Of a stretch of DNA of 64,000 nt, positions 50,735-63,015 are shown one piece after another. A program made the position numbers and the translations under genes. The stretch lies in NCBI GenBank assembly GCA_965113315.1, contig OZ220363.1, one strand, 5' to 3'. Origin of the DNA: Podarcis vaucheri. Its lineage: Eukaryota. Position 1 is the stretch's first letter. Each line of letters begins with the position of its first letter. The notes beneath the pieces were generated by a model. It was not told where the DNA came from. It ran no database searches and saw only the letters and a program-made list of their open reading frames with translations.

Positions 50735-52236
50735 CGGGGGTCGGCAACCTGCGGCTCCAGAGCCGCATGCGGCTCTTTAAAGCCTTTGCTGCGGCTCCGG
50801 GGCGGTGGCGAGGGGAGGAGGCGAGGGGCGGAGGTGAGGGGAGGAGGCGAGTGGCGGAGGCAAGGAGCGGAGGCATAGGCGCAGACTCCATGGGGCCTGA
50901 GGGGGCCCGAGCCCCCTCAAAAATTCGTTTGGGGGGGCTCCGCCCCCCCCAATAATCTCGGGCGCCCCTCCAGCATCAATCCCCACGCCCGCGCCGCCAG
51001 CCCCCGACGGGCGCCCCCTCCCCGGCTTGCCAGCTCCGTGCGCGCTCCGCCTCGCCTGCCAGCTCGGCTCCCTCCTTCCCTCGTGCAGCTTGTTTTGAAA
51101 TTCCCCTTCCAGCTCCGCCACGGCTCGCCCGCTCCCTCCGCCCTCGCCGCCGCCTCCTCCTCCTCCTCCCCCAGTCCCCTCCCCTCGGCTGTCCCCGGCA
51201 CAGGCTGCCTCACGTACGCGGCTGCAGGCAGCCCCCGGAATGGAGTCCCCGCGCGCGGAAGGGAGTGGCGGGCGCGCAAAAGGAGAGGAAGCCGCTGGCG
51301 CGCGGAAGGGGCCGGTGGATGGATGGACCGGCGGGCGGTGGAGTCACCTGGCTGGAGGGAGGTGGCGCGCAGCGGAGCTTCCAGGAGCGGCGGCAAGTTA
51401 CCTGCGCGTCGCCAAGGGTGCACCTGCCTGGCAGCCAGCTGGAGGCTGAGGGCCGCGCTATCTAGACTTTTGGCTTTTGGTCTGCAGAAAATGCACCCAC
51501 ACCCAACAGGGGGTGAGAAAGGCCTAAATAGCTTTTTATTATCACTATATGTATGGTTCACTGGGGCCCTGGTTAATTTTCTTTGGCATTTTGTGGCATT
51601 GATTATGCAGTCGCGGTTGCGTGGAATTCCACGTGGAGTTAGTTGCCTGAAGCCCCTTTTTAAACTTAAGCAGGGGAAAGTTAGGTGAAAGTTTGGTGAA
51701 TTGCTGCCAAGGAGTGTGGTGGAGTCTCCTACTTTGGAGGTCTTTAAGCAGAGGCTTGACAACCATATCTCAGGAGTGCTCTGATGGTGTTTCCTGCTTG
51801 GCAGGGGGTTGGGCTCGATGGCCCTTGTGGTCTCTTCCACATATGTATGTGAGCAGGTCTTCTCCAACATGAACTATATTAAAAACAAACACCGATCATG
51901 CCTCACAGATGACACCTTGCAAGCCTGTGTGAAAATGAAGGTGACGTCTTACAGCCCTGATGTGCAGACACTGAGCACTGAGGTTCAGGAGCAAAAGTCC
52001 CATTAACCTGGTTACCTGGTTGTAAATTAAATATTTTAATTAGCTATTAATTTGTCCTTTTTTCTTGAGATTGACAGCTGACTGCACGATCCTGTATATA
52101 TAGCATTAAGGCAAGAAACAATATATGCAGTGTTATATTTGTTTTAAATGTTGCAATGTTTTTGCGGCTCCCAGTTGTTGTTTTTTCGGAAACGGGTCCA
52201 AGTGGCTCTTTTTGTCTTAAAGGTTGCAGACCCCTG
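50735..52236 (+). mobile_element. Non-autonomous composite hAT (Charlie/Buster-like) DNA transposon
   Basis: TIRs C(G)GGGGTCGGCAACC and GGTTGCAGACCCCTG; perfect 8-bp TSD gtctagag at 50727-50734 and 52237-52244; transposase C-terminus STYVCEQVFSNMNYIKNKHRSCLTD...QKSH* at ~51836-52006. Confidence 0.9.
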
Positions 52237-53196
52237 GTCTAGAGGGAGAGCATAGAGGAGCTTATTGATTAAGCCTCATAAAGAAGTTTTCTAGACACCA
52301 CACAATACTGGAATAGACTTCACCTTTATCTAAGATGTATTGTGCTTCTCTGTGCTTACTTGAAAATTTTGAAATAAGATTAACTGAAATACAGCCCAGC
52401 AAGTCTCTTCAGTCCGACTTCATTTTTAATGTCACAGAGAGAAAACAGAATACAAATGATATGTCACTGTGAGCTGGCAATGGAATAATGAAGAGCCTTC
52501 AAATTAGTTTGTAAAATATTTCAAAATATGTAAGACATTTTGACTCTTCCTTTTAGACAATTAAAGAGTTTTTTAATGCGACTTTGCTTTTAATCCAACT
52601 TTCTTGTTCCTTTTTTCCTTCCCACCAAGTTTATATTCAACAAACTTCTTTCTCTTCTGTAGGGTCAGCATTCTTAGGTAACATTTGTATGACTTTCAGA
52701 GCCTGGGCACTAGCAGAGCTGTTAGGGGACTATGAAATGACTGTTGTGAACCTAAGATTCAAGGGTGGAGCCCCAGTTATCCCCCATCCACTGGGGGAGG
52801 AAGGGGGGAGTGGGGGGAGTGCACCGCCCCCAGCAGCGCAATCCTGGTGGGGTGCCATAGCAGCTGCCCCCCCCCGCCCGAGCTGGGCAACACACCCCTG
52901 CGGGCAGTGCACCACGCCCCTGCGGGCAGTGCGCGACACCCTCAGGAAGCACGCCAGCCACGCCCCCACCTGCTCTCCACCCCACCCCACCCCCGGTGCA
53001 GGAGCATGAAGCTCTGCCACTGCCTCCATCCCAAATTATAAGAGGGACGTGATTACCATTTCTGCAAATTTCTAATTCCACAAAGTATGGAAAGAGATTA
53101 GGGTGGATAGCAAGTGATTTTACAGAATGGTAGTGACCCAAACTGCTAGATTCTATCCTAAAAAACAATTTAGGAAATATAAATATATGACCTGAC

Positions 53197-53355
53197 CTGT
53201 ATTTTTTATATAACTCTGCATCTTCAAAGAACAGTTCATCTTTATCTTTCTGAAGGCTGCAGTCCTCATCAAAATCATAGAGATTTTGTTGCCAAGCATA
53301 TTTCATGGGTGTATAAGATGCATCTGCTTTAAGATGAGATTTTGTATGTGAAGTC
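53197..53355 (-). CDS. DCDC1: DCDC1 coding exon 2 of 14
   Basis: ttcag|G...AG|gtcagg; 159 nt, phase 2 to 2; TSHTKSHLKADASYTPMKYAWQQNLYDFDEDCSLQKDKDELFFEDAELYKKY. Confidence 0.85.
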
Positions 53356-54672
53356 CTGAAAAAAATATAAAATTCAATATGAAATTTGAAGCACTGGTGA
53401 TTGTCACCAGTTTAAATTTCTCATAAAAAGTTAAGTCATTAGTTAAAACTAAGGATTATTAAGAGATTAGCAGCTGAAACAGTCAATGGCAGTTAAACTG
53501 TGTGCAGAATTGCAATCTAAATGATTCAGATTGTAGTTTTACATTTCTTAAGATTGCGTACTCAACAATGTTTCCTCATCCAACCTTACAGTTCACACTA
53601 CTACAAGACTTTGGGGTTATGTGGGAAGCATAGAAACCAACACTTTATCACTGTATGAATATTACTTCTACCTTATGGGAAGAAGAAAAATGGAGGAGCA
53701 CCAAAAATAGAGGGAGGGAGGAAGAAGACTGCACTCAAACAGGTGCTAGGTCTATAGTTTCTTGAGGTAATCCCATGTACAACCAACAAAGGAAGGTATA
53801 AACAACGAAGTCTTGAAATAGCTAAAAAAATAACACATTTATTATGGTACAATCTTTTGTAGACTATAATTCAGCTCATTAGATGCATGAAGAGTTATCC
53901 TCAGTTGACAGGCTTATATTACTTGGGTGTAGATGGAGGAACTGGGTTGTAAATAGTGAGGTCAAATGACACTGAAATGCCAATCTGAGTCATTCAAAAT
54001 GACAGTATGAGTCATTCAGTTAAGTTATGCAAATTAAATGCAGTGGTCATTCATATTAATAATGCATCTGGAAGTTTCTTTCAGTTATAAAACCTTTCTT
54101 CAGAGTAGTATCTCTGTAAGAGACAACACAAGAGATACCACTCTAAGAACTGTGCTCCTCAAGGAACATTTCGTAGTTTCATGCACTGGACTTAGCAGCT
54201 ATGTTAGTCACTAGCTGGTGGCTTGGAGGAATCATAACCAGACTTCAGCCATTTTATGAAAAGAACTATTGTTCACAATTTGCTGAATGTTGAACCCAGC
54301 AAGAGTCATGTAACATCAATTGACCAGAACCTGCACTGCTGCTTATATGCCACCCGGACTTATAAGGCCCTGAATAACTTAGAATTTAAATACTTGAAAG
54401 AGTGCCTTTGAAATATCTGCTAGCTTGAGCCTTGCAATGTTGTAAACTCCTGGTTTTATCTAATGTTTATTGACAAATAGTAACTTTATTTTTTATTGTG
54501 GGAACCCCCCCCCCCCGGTGATCATAACTGGATGAAAGGCAATCTTTAAATGATTCAGATAAATAAATAAAATCTTATGAAAATTTTATTCTCCCATTGA
54601 CAGAAAATCCCTGGTATGTGCTATGGTAAGATGATTCTTATACCAGAAGTGATGGCTGTTATAACATACCTA

Positions 54673-55336
54673 CAGTTGGACCTCTGGTTACGAACTTAAT
54701 TCATTCCGGAGGTCCATTCTTAACCTGAAACCGTTCTTAACCTGAGGTAGCACTTTAGCTAATGGGGCCTCTTGCTGCTGCCGCACCACTGCCATACAAT
54801 TTCCGTTCTCATTCTGGGGCAAAGTTCTCAACCTGAGGTTCTACTTCCGGGTTAGCAGAGTTTGTAACCCAAAGTGTTTGTAACCCAATGTCAGGGAACT
54901 GCCATTGGAGCCAGAGGGAGAGGGAGGGCTCCAGAGGGATTCCGGAGAGCGTCCCGGGAGAGAGAGAAGCAGCACATCTTCTGGGGAAGGAAATCAGCGT
55001 AACACCAGTGGAGAAGGGGGGCAGGTGGGGGAATCGGCGAGGTGGCTCCAAGACTCTTCACCGGGAACCAGTGGGGAGAGCACGGGTCCTCCGATGCCCA
55101 CACCCTCCCTGCGCAGAAGGCTTCCGCGCAGGGAGGCTAGGAGGAGACTAAGCGTCAAGGAGCTTCTTTGCTGGAAGAAGTTCAAGAAATGCCCACTGAC
55201 GGATTCTGCCAGCAATTGAGACAGCCACGGGCGCGTGCCTGTCCAGATAGAAAGGGTTCATTCAGGCAACCAGCCAAGAGTGGCGTTGATTTACACACAA
55301 GCAACCCCTAGAACCATTACACCCGAGGTACCACTG
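54673..55336. mobile_element. Tc1/mariner MITE, same family, split by the solo LTR
   Basis: TA TSD; body matches 20467-20708 on both sides of 54889-55321. Confidence 0.8.
54889..55321 (+). mobile_element. Solo LTR (433 bp), same family, nested in a Tc1/mariner-type MITE
   Basis: TGTCA...TTACA ends; TSD cccaa/cccga; removing it restores the MITE end gtaacccgaggtaccactg. Confidence 0.8.
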
Positions 55337-57162
55337 TACTATGTTCTTATGATGTACACAAACCTACCTAAACAGGTTGTGAAAATTTCTTCAGAATAGA
55401 GTGAGATAATTGCTGTTTCCTGGGGCAAGAGAAAAATCCCAGGGTTTGTGATTCCTCTCCCTACCCACCTCACATGAAGGTCATAAATATAGGTAAGGCA
55501 GGCCAGAAGTTTGTATCTACTTGGTGCTTTAAAGTTGCTAAACAACTGGAGAGTTCTCAGCAAGAAATAATTTTTTGGGGGGAGAAACCTAAATCAACTG
55601 CTTCATTAGTGTTAGCAACATGATTTGTGTCTAAGTGAATGAGTTATTGCTCTTATTCCCTTTCTTATCTTAGAATACAGCTTGCCACAACAAATTGTTT
55701 TCCTGACACCTGTGCAGGCTTCCTAACACTCATGTTGTTTCACTTCTGCATTCTCAGCAATGGGGCAAGGGAACTGTGGAGAATTAGCAAACGCTGAGGG
55801 AAAGGTTTTGTCGGTATGTTATATAAATTTACAAATAAGAATGCTTTTTTGTGTTATAATATTGTTTGGTATGTGAATGGTTAACTAGGGTAAAAAAATT
55901 GGTTGGTAGTTTATCTCTAAGTGGGATTTTAAGATACAACTGCTTGTGTGGTTTTCAGCTGGTAACCTACCAAGAAACATCTGAAGCTCATACAGAAAGA
56001 GGAACTATCTATTGCCTGGTCTATAAAAGCAGTCCATTGCTTTTATACTGGACAGTAGAGTCAAACAGAGAAAGAACCTAGGCTATTGCCACTGCTAATA
56101 GTGATCCCCACTATAAAAAAAACTGTTAAGAGAAGGTCTCCTGAAGGTCAAATAGCCCCCCACCTTTCTCAACCTACAAATAGGGTTGAGGATTTTGAGA
56201 GACCATTTGCACACAGCTCTAATATCTCTGCTCTTATTTTGTTTGGTTTTTTTTTAAAGCAAATAATACATAATAAACGGTCCAACATAATATCTGCATG
56301 CCTAATGGAAAAGTCAGTAAATTAGAATTACAATTAGAAGTAAAAAAAAAAAAATGAACTGAAGTACTTTTGAAAGTTCATCAACATTTTAAGATGAATT
56401 TCTCCTCCTACATACATTTTTTTGTACATAATATTGTCTTTTACACACATACATTTTTGCAAAGCAGCTCTCCGCAATATAAGCATTTAACCAATTTAAG
56501 CATTTTTCATGCCTTTTTGTGCACATCACTTGGCTGGAAAACTCTTCAGCAAAATTCGGATAGTGCACATTTTGGTTCACATGTTGATTTGGCAAGTGTG
56601 AATTAGTTACATTCCCCTTTAAATGTAAATCAAATTAAATTTCTCCCTCATCCCTAATGCAAGGTCGTGAAAAGCTACCCATCTACAGAATCCAGTTTTT
56701 CTCTCAGGAAGTGAAACATTTGAACCAGCAACAGAAAACGGCTTAGGCCAATGCTAAGCACTAAACTGAAAAATGGTCTACAAGACTTTCTGCAAACTTT
56801 CTCTAAAGAAATATGTACTCTTTCAACTTATGAACTTTGAAATAGACAACACACAAGCAGAGCTGTCTACTTGCAGTTTATGGGGACTCTTATAAATTGC
56901 CAATAAGAACATATTTTGCAGGTTCAAACACATACCATTTCTCATTAAGAAAGTTATTTGTTTGAGGATAGAGAGGGATCAGGAAGAAAGCTACACAGCA
57001 TAATGGCAGGAGGTAAATGAAATATGAAGCAGGGTAAAAGGTGGACTTTATAGCAGGGTAGCTGACCTCTGGTCCTGCAGTCATGTTGAACTCCAGCTCC
57101 TAAAGTCCACATGATCAAAAATCAAGGATGGCAAGAGATATAGTCTAACATCTGCTATATAC

Positions 57163-57394
57163 AGAAGAGAAGAGTTTGGATTTGATATCCCGCTTTACCA
57201 CTACCCGAATGAGTTCTCCTTTCCCTTCCTCCCCCACAACAAACACTCTGTGAGGTGAGTGGGGCTGAGAGACTTCAGAGAAGTGTGACTGGCCCAAGGT
57301 CACCCAGCAGCTGCATGTGGATGAGCGGGGACGCGAACCCGGTTCCCCAGATTACGAGTCTACCGCTCTTAACCACTACACCACACTGGCTCTC
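57163..57394 (-). mobile_element. tRNA-derived SINE (Squam3-like), second copy with a short internal deletion
   Basis: High similarity to 27124-27374. Confidence 0.75.
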
Positions 57395-57614
57395 AAAAGT
57401 TCATTTTAATTGTTTAATTAGTGTATTATTTCTCTTATTTTTTAGGAATTCCACTTATTCTCTGAGCTGTTCAAATGATTTTATATGTCTCCTCCACACA
57501 CAATTGAACATTTTCTTACATGGGAAACAAGGCACTCTGAGGCAAGGTGAAGTGACTGTCTTAGGTGGCAGGTTCCACAGGGACAGCAGATCACAATAGA
57601 AATATTTATTACCT

Positions 57615-58005
57615 CTTTGTTCCTGATGTAGATCTAATTCCTAATTTAGGACTAATTTGCAGCCAGTGCAACCTGGCCTCTAAATACTTCACCAGCTGAA
57701 GTTTCTGAACTGTCTTCAGAGACAGCTTCATGTATAACACATTGCATAGACTTTCCTTGCCAAGATAGGGGCACAGTTGGGCCACCAACCAAAGATGATG
57801 GAAGTTACTCCGTGCCAAGGCTACCTGAGCCTCAAGTGAGCAATAGATCCAGGAGGACCTCCAAGCTGCATGCGTGCTCCTTCAGAGGGAATGTAACCCC
57901 ATCAAGAGCAGGCAACCTCCCATTTATCCAGTTTAGAGAACCACCCACTAACAGTGCCTCAGTCTAATCTGGATTAAGCTTCAGTTTATTGGCTCTCATT
58001 CAGTT
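57615..58005 (-). mobile_element. Old L2-type LINE fragment
   Basis: Minus translation ARSNFHHLWLVAQLCPYL...LKTVQKLQLV resembles L2 ORF2. Confidence 0.6.
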
Positions 58006-58840
58006 TTACCGAGGCAAGAATTAACAGATCTTATATGTCTGCTTCCTACAAAAATTCTAACCTGTCTAAATGAGAGTCTGTTAGGGTCCCGTGGTATCCT
58101 GTTTCAGAGAGTGTAATGACAGCTATCACCTGAACATGCCCTTATATATATGCCCTTATATATGCCCTGGAGAAATATGCCCCATAATTGTGTTTCTAGA
58201 CCATTTCCTATGAGTTTTACATGCATGAAGCCAGTGCATACGAAGACATGAAATATATATTATTATTAGCCTTTTGGAACATGAATACTTCCCCACTGAT
58301 ACCGCAAGCACTGACATGATTTTAGTATCACCCTACAGGACAACAGTAACAGCTACTTTATGATTTCTATGATTTATTCCTAATATTGACAGCTTTTCTA
58401 TATTTCAGAAAACAACAGTGCCACCTATTGCTCGAATGAGTAAATGCGTTTGTTTTTATACAGCCAATTTCATATGGATACTGTTTCCTGCTTCAGTCCT
58501 CTTTCCTTAGGACTGTACACAGATAATAGTTTTTCAGGTTCTTGATAGTGGGAGGGGCTCTTTATAAAGTGGATTATCGTGGTCTCCAGTAAGCCTTAAA
58601 TGGATGTTGGTTTATTTTAAAATACGATGCCCTTAAGAATAAGTAATTAAAATGAGAGGAAATGAACTCCAGGTGAAGTTAAGCACTTTTAAGGTCCATC
58701 AAGCTAGATTCCAATGTATGTGAGTGCATACATGGAATTGGACTTTCCAGCCACTTTCTCCTTGCTGCAGCCCATATGTCCTTCATCAAGCTGCTCCCGA
58801 GAGTCAGGGAATCCTCAGGAATGACATGGGATGTGACATA

Positions 58841-59015
58841 AAGGTAAAGGTAAAGGTACCCCTGCCCGAACGGGCCAGTCTTGACAGACTCTGGGGTTTG
58901 TGCGCCCATCTCACATCTATTGGCCGGGGGCCAGCGCTGTCCGGAGACACTTCCGGGTCACGTGGCCAGCGTGACAAAGCTGCATCTGGCGAGCCAGCGC
59001 AGCACACGGAACGCC
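58841..59015 (-). mobile_element. Sauria-type SINE 3' fragment (divergent subfamily)
   Basis: (AAGGTA)n tail on +; imperfect ~19-20-bp TSD atgacat(ggg/ag)atgtgacata. Confidence 0.75.
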
Positions 59016-59049
59016 ATGACATAGATGTGACATAGATGACTGCAATTGG

Positions 59050-59740
59050 GAGGGTAGTAATGACAGGCTTCTTCTAATGCAAGCAAGAGCCCCTCTGGAT
59101 CTAATCTATTGATTTTAAGTCTATTTCCTGTAACTTGAGCCCATCAGATCAAGTCCTGCCCTCTTCGGCAGAAGAAAACCAAATCTTTGACCTCTTCTAT
59201 GTAAAAGCCCATCAGGCCGCTGAAGAATGGTATCACCGCCTCCCATCACAACCTCATTTTTTTCTTTTCCAAACTTAAATACAGCCAGTTCTTCCAACCT
59301 TTACTCATATGATGTTTTCCATATCTTTGAAAATCTTTGTTGTTCTCTGAACTGTTCCAGTTTGTGAATAACCTTCATAAAGTGAAGCACCCAGAACTGG
59401 ACACAGAACTTCGAAACTTAAAATAGTTCTATTACTTTGGGTGATTTGGAAATTATTGGTTGGATCCAGACTTGGCCTTCAAGAAACAAAAGGTTTTTTC
59501 TTTCCACAGACTGATGTTCAGCTGCAGCCTTTCCAAAACCCTTTGCAATTTATTAACCCCCCCATGCTATACTTGTGCATTTGGCTGTTGTTTTTTCTTC
59601 ACCTAAAAGCAGAACTTTGCATTTTTCTCCAATTAAACTTCATTTTGTTAATTTTGGGTAAGTGTCCTATTCCAGCAAAGCCATTTTGAATTTTATTCCT
59701 ATTTCTGAAGGGTTCAACTTTTTGTCATTTGCAGATTTGA
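59050..59740 (-). mobile_element. Old CR1 3' fragment abutting the young CR1
   Basis: Decayed matches to the CR1 RT C-terminus (cacccagaactggacacag, gttccagtttg). Confidence 0.6.
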
Positions 59741-59815
59741 GAATCATAGAATCATAGAGTTGGAATAGACCACAAGGGCCATTGAGTCTAACCCCCTGCC
59801 AAGCAGGAAACACCA

Positions 59816-62734
59816 TCAGAGCACTCCTGACATACGGTTGTCAAGCCTCTGCTTAAAGACCTCCAAAGTAGGAGACTCCACCACACTCCTTGGCAGCAAA
59901 TTCCACTGTCGAACAGCTCTTACTGTCAGGAAGTTCTTCCTAATGTTTAGGTGGAATCTTCTTTCTTGTAGTTTGGATCCATTGCTCCGTGTCCGCCTCT
60001 CTGGAGCAGCAGAAAACAACCTTTCTCCCTCCTCTATATGACATCCTTTTATATATTTGAACATGGCTATCATATCACCCCTTAACCTCTTCTTCTCCAG
60101 GCTAAACATGCCCAGCTCCCTTAGCCGTTCCTCATAAGGCATCGTTTCCAGACCTTTGACCATTTTGGTTACCCTCCTCTGGACACGTTCCAGTTTGTCA
60201 GTGTCCTTCTTGAACTGTGGTGCCCAGAACTGGACACAGTACTCCAGGTGAGGTCTGACCAGAGCAGAATACAGTGGCACTATTACTTCCCTTGATCTAG
60301 ATGCTATACTCCTATTGATGCAGCTCAGAATTGCATTGGCTTTTTTAGCTGCCGCGTCACACTGTTGGCTCATGTCAAGTTTGTGGTCAACCAAGACTCC
60401 TAGATCCTTTTCACATGTACTGCTCTCAAGCCAGGTGTCCCCCATCTTGTATTTGTGCCTCTCATTTTTTTTGCCCAAGTGCAATACTTTACATTTCTCC
60501 CTGTTAAAGTTCATCTTGTTTGTTTTGGCCCAGTTCTCTAATCTGTCAAGGTCGTTTTGAAGTGTGATCCTGTCCTCTGGGGTGTTAGCCACCCCTCCCA
60601 GTTTGGTGTCATCTGAAAATTTGATCAGGATGCCCTTGAGTCCATCATCCAAGTCGTTGATAAAGATGTTGAATAAGACCGGGCCCAAGGCAGAACCCTG
60701 TGGCACCCCACTAGTCACTCTTCTCCAGGATGAAGAGGAACCATTGATGAGCACCCTTTGGGTTCGGTCAGTCAGCCAGTTACAAATCCACTGAGTGGTA
60801 GCATAGTCAAGACCGCATTTTACCAGCTTCTTTACAAGAATATCATGGGGCACCTTGTCGAATGCCTTGCTGAAATCAAGGTAGGCTACATCCACTGCGT
60901 TCCCTTCATCTACCAGGCTTGTAATTCTGTCAAAAAATGAGATCAGGTTAGTCTGACATGACTTATTTTTCAGAAATCCATGCTGACTATTGGTGATCAC
61001 AGCATTCCTTTCTAGGTGCTCACAGACTGTTTGCTTAATGATCTGCTCCAGAATCTTCCCTGGTATTGATGTCAGACTGACTGGGCAATAATTATTTGGG
61101 TCCTCTCTTTCCCCCTTTTTGAAAATAGGGACATTTGCCCTCCTCCAGTCTGCCGGGACTTCGCCTGTTCTCCAGGAATTCTCAAAGATGACTGCCAGTG
61201 GTTCTGAGATCACATCTGCCAGTTCTTTTAATACTCTTGGATGCAGTTTGTCTGGCCATGGAGACTTGAATACATCTAAACTAGCCAAGTATTCTTGTAC
61301 TATCTCCTTAGTTATTCTGGGCTGTGTTTCCTCTGCTGAATCATTTGCTCCAAATTCTTCAGGTCGGGCATTGTTTTCTTTATCGGAGAAGACTGAGGCA
61401 AAGAAGGCATTGAGGAGTTCAGCTCTTTCTGTGTCCCCTGTTTGCATTTCACCATCTTCTCCTCTGAGTGACCCCACTGTTTCTTTGTTCTTCCTTTTGC
61501 TACGGACATACCCATAAAAGCCTTTTTTGTTGCTTTTAACCTCTCTAGCAAGCCTGAGTTCATTCTGTGCTTTAGCTTTTCTGACTTTGTGTCTACATGT
61601 GCTGGCTATTTGTTTGAATTCCTCTTTGGTGGTTTCCCCCCTTTTCCATTTTTTGTACACATCCTTTTTAAATCTTAACTCAGTTAAAAGTTCTTTAGAT
61701 AGCCACCCTGGCTTCTTTAGGCACCTTCCATGTTTCCGTCTCATTGGTATTGCCTGAAGTTGTGCTTTTACTATCTCCCTCTTAACAAACTCCCAGCCAT
61801 CATGAACTCCCTTTCCTTTTAGTATTACTGTCCATGGGATCTCACCCAGCACTTCCCTAAGTTTTATGAAGTCGGCTTTCTTAAAGTCAAGAAATTGAGT
61901 CCTAGTATGCTTGGCTGCTCCTTTCCGCTGTATAGTAAACTTCAGAAGAGCATGATCACTCGCGCCTAATGATCCATCCACATCTACCCCACTAACCAGG
62001 TCATCAACATTGGTTAGGACCAGATCTAAAATGGCTGTTCCTCTTGTTGCTTCTCCCACTTTCTGGACAATGAAGTTGTCTGCAAGGCCAGTGAGGAATC
62101 TGTTTGACCTTATGCTCTTGGCTGAGTTTGACGTCCAACAAATATCCGGGTAATTGAAGTCCCCCATTACTACTATCTCCCTTCCTTTTGCATGCTTGGC
62201 CATCTGTTCCAGGAAGGCATCATCTATGTCCTCCGTTTGGCTTGGGGATCTATAGTAAACTCCCACAATGAGGTCTCTGTTATTCTTCTCTCCCTTAATT
62301 TTGACCCAAATGCTCTCACTTTGGCTTTGAGGTTCTAAATCTTGGATCTCTTCACAAGTATACACATCCCTGACATATAACGCCACTCCTTCTCCTTTCT
62401 TGTCTGGTCTGTTTCTCTGAAATAGATTGTATCCCTCCATTATTACATTCCAATCTTGGGACTTATCCCACCAGGTTTCAGTGAGGCCTATTATGTCATA
62501 TTTGGTTTGCTGTACCAAGAGCTCAAGCTCATCTTGTTTATTTCCCATGCTTTGCGCATTAGTGTACAGACATTGAAGTCCATTAATCATTCCCCCGTGT
62601 CTCTTATTTAAGGATTTTTTCCTCCCACCACTAGGTCTGCGTGCTGTTTGCTCCATTTGGTCTATGACATTTGGATGATCATCTTCATCAATTGATAGAC
62701 TCCTACCTTCAGGAGCACTGTCTCCCTCCCCCAC
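59816..62734 (-). CDS. CR1 ORF2: APE endonuclease plus reverse transcriptase
   Basis: Endonuclease motifs YTNAQS, TETWW, GDFN, LDL, SDH; RT motifs [23 protein letters not shown]. Confidence 0.93.
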   Translation of the reverse strand: MGEGDSAPEGRSLSIDEDDHPNVIDQMEQTARRPSGGRKKSLNKRHGGMINGLQCLYTNAQSMGNKQDELELLVQQTKYDIIGLTETWWDKSQDWNVIMEGYNLFQRNRPDKKGEGVALYVRDVYTCEEIQDLEPQSQSESIWVKIKGEKNNRDLIVGVYYRSPSQTEDIDDAFLEQMAKHAKGREIVVMGDFNYPDICWTSNSAKSIRSNRFLTGLADNFIVQKVGEATRGTAILDLVLTNVDDLVSGVDVDGSLGASDHALLKFTIQRKGAAKHTRTQFLDFKKADFIKLREVLGEIPWTVILKGKGVHDGWEFVKREIVKAQLQAIPMRRKHGRCLKKPGWLSKELLTELRFKKDVYKKWKRGETTKEEFKQIASTCRHKVRKAKAQNELRLAREVKSNKKGFYGYVRSKRKNKETVGSLRGEDGEMQTGDTERAELLNAFFASVFSDKENNARPEEFGANDSAEETQPRITKEIVQEYLASLDVFKSPWPDKLHPRVLKELADVISEPLAVIFENSWRTGEVPADWRRANVPIFKKGEREDPNNYCPVSLTSIPGKILEQIIKQTVCEHLERNAVITNSQHGFLKNKSCQTNLISFFDRITSLVDEGNAVDVAYLDFSKAFDKVPHDILVKKLVKCGLDYATTQWICNWLTDRTQRVLINGSSSSWRRVTSGVPQGSALGPVLFNIFINDLDDGLKGILIKFSDDTKLGGVANTPEDRITLQNDLDRLENWAKTNKMNFNREKCKVLHLGKKNERHKYKMGDTWLESSTCEKDLGVLVDHKLDMSQQCDAAAKKANAILSCINRSIASRSREVIVPLYSALVRPHLEYCVQFWAPQFKKDTDKLERVQRRVTKMVKGLETMPYEERLRELGMFSLEKKRLRGDMIAMFKYIKGCHIEEGERLFSAAPERRTRSNGSKLQERRFHLNIRKNFLTVRAVRQWNLLPRSVVESPTLEVFKQRLDNRMSGVL

Positions 62735-62735
62735 A

Positions 62736-62918
62736 TTAGTAGTTTAAAGCCCTCCTGATGAGGTTTCTGAGATTTTTGGCAAAAACATTCCTCCCAACCG
62801 TTGTGAGGTGCAGTCCATCACTTGCCAGAAGTCCATCTTCAAGAAACTGCAGTCCGTGATCTAAGAATCCAAACCGTTCCTGTTTACACCATTTGCGAAG
62901 CCAGCTGTTCACTTCCAC
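62736..62918 (-). CDS. CR1 ORF1 C-terminal fragment (SGNH/GDSL esterase-like)
   Basis: NSWLRKWC...GFGFLDH...DGLHLT..GRNVFA..L is the typical end of CR1 ORF1; immediately upstream of ORF2. Confidence 0.8.
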   Translation of the reverse strand: MEVNSWLRKWCKQERFGFLDHGLQFLEDGLLASDGLHLTTVGRNVFAKNLRNLIRRALNY

Positions 62919-62970
62919 TATTTTTCCCTCTCTCCCTGGGAGAAGGATTTCCTATGCCATTTTATCTAAG

Positions 62971-62971
<1 letters not shown>

Positions 62972-63015
<44 letters not shown>
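62972..63015 (+). repeat. (TATC)n microsatellite
   Basis: Direct reading. Confidence 0.95.

Larger units (their letters stand above)
59741..62918 (-). mobile_element. Young CR1 LINE, 5'-truncated within ORF1, with complete ORF2 and (ATTCTATG)n tail
   Basis: 3' tail reads agaatcatagaatcatag on +; ORF2 at 59816-62734; ORF1 C-terminus at 62736-62918. Confidence 0.95.

Noticed and set aside
50529-51870. Several long overlapping ORFs (up to 317 aa)
   Set aside because: Explained by high GC content within the hAT element and antisense CR1 sequence; no recognisable protein or splice structure.
62730-62740. TAATG stop-start overlap between CR1 ORF1 and ORF2 (termination-reinitiation)
   Set aside because: The overlapping ATG is not in the ORF2 frame and closes at a TAG after ~24 codons.
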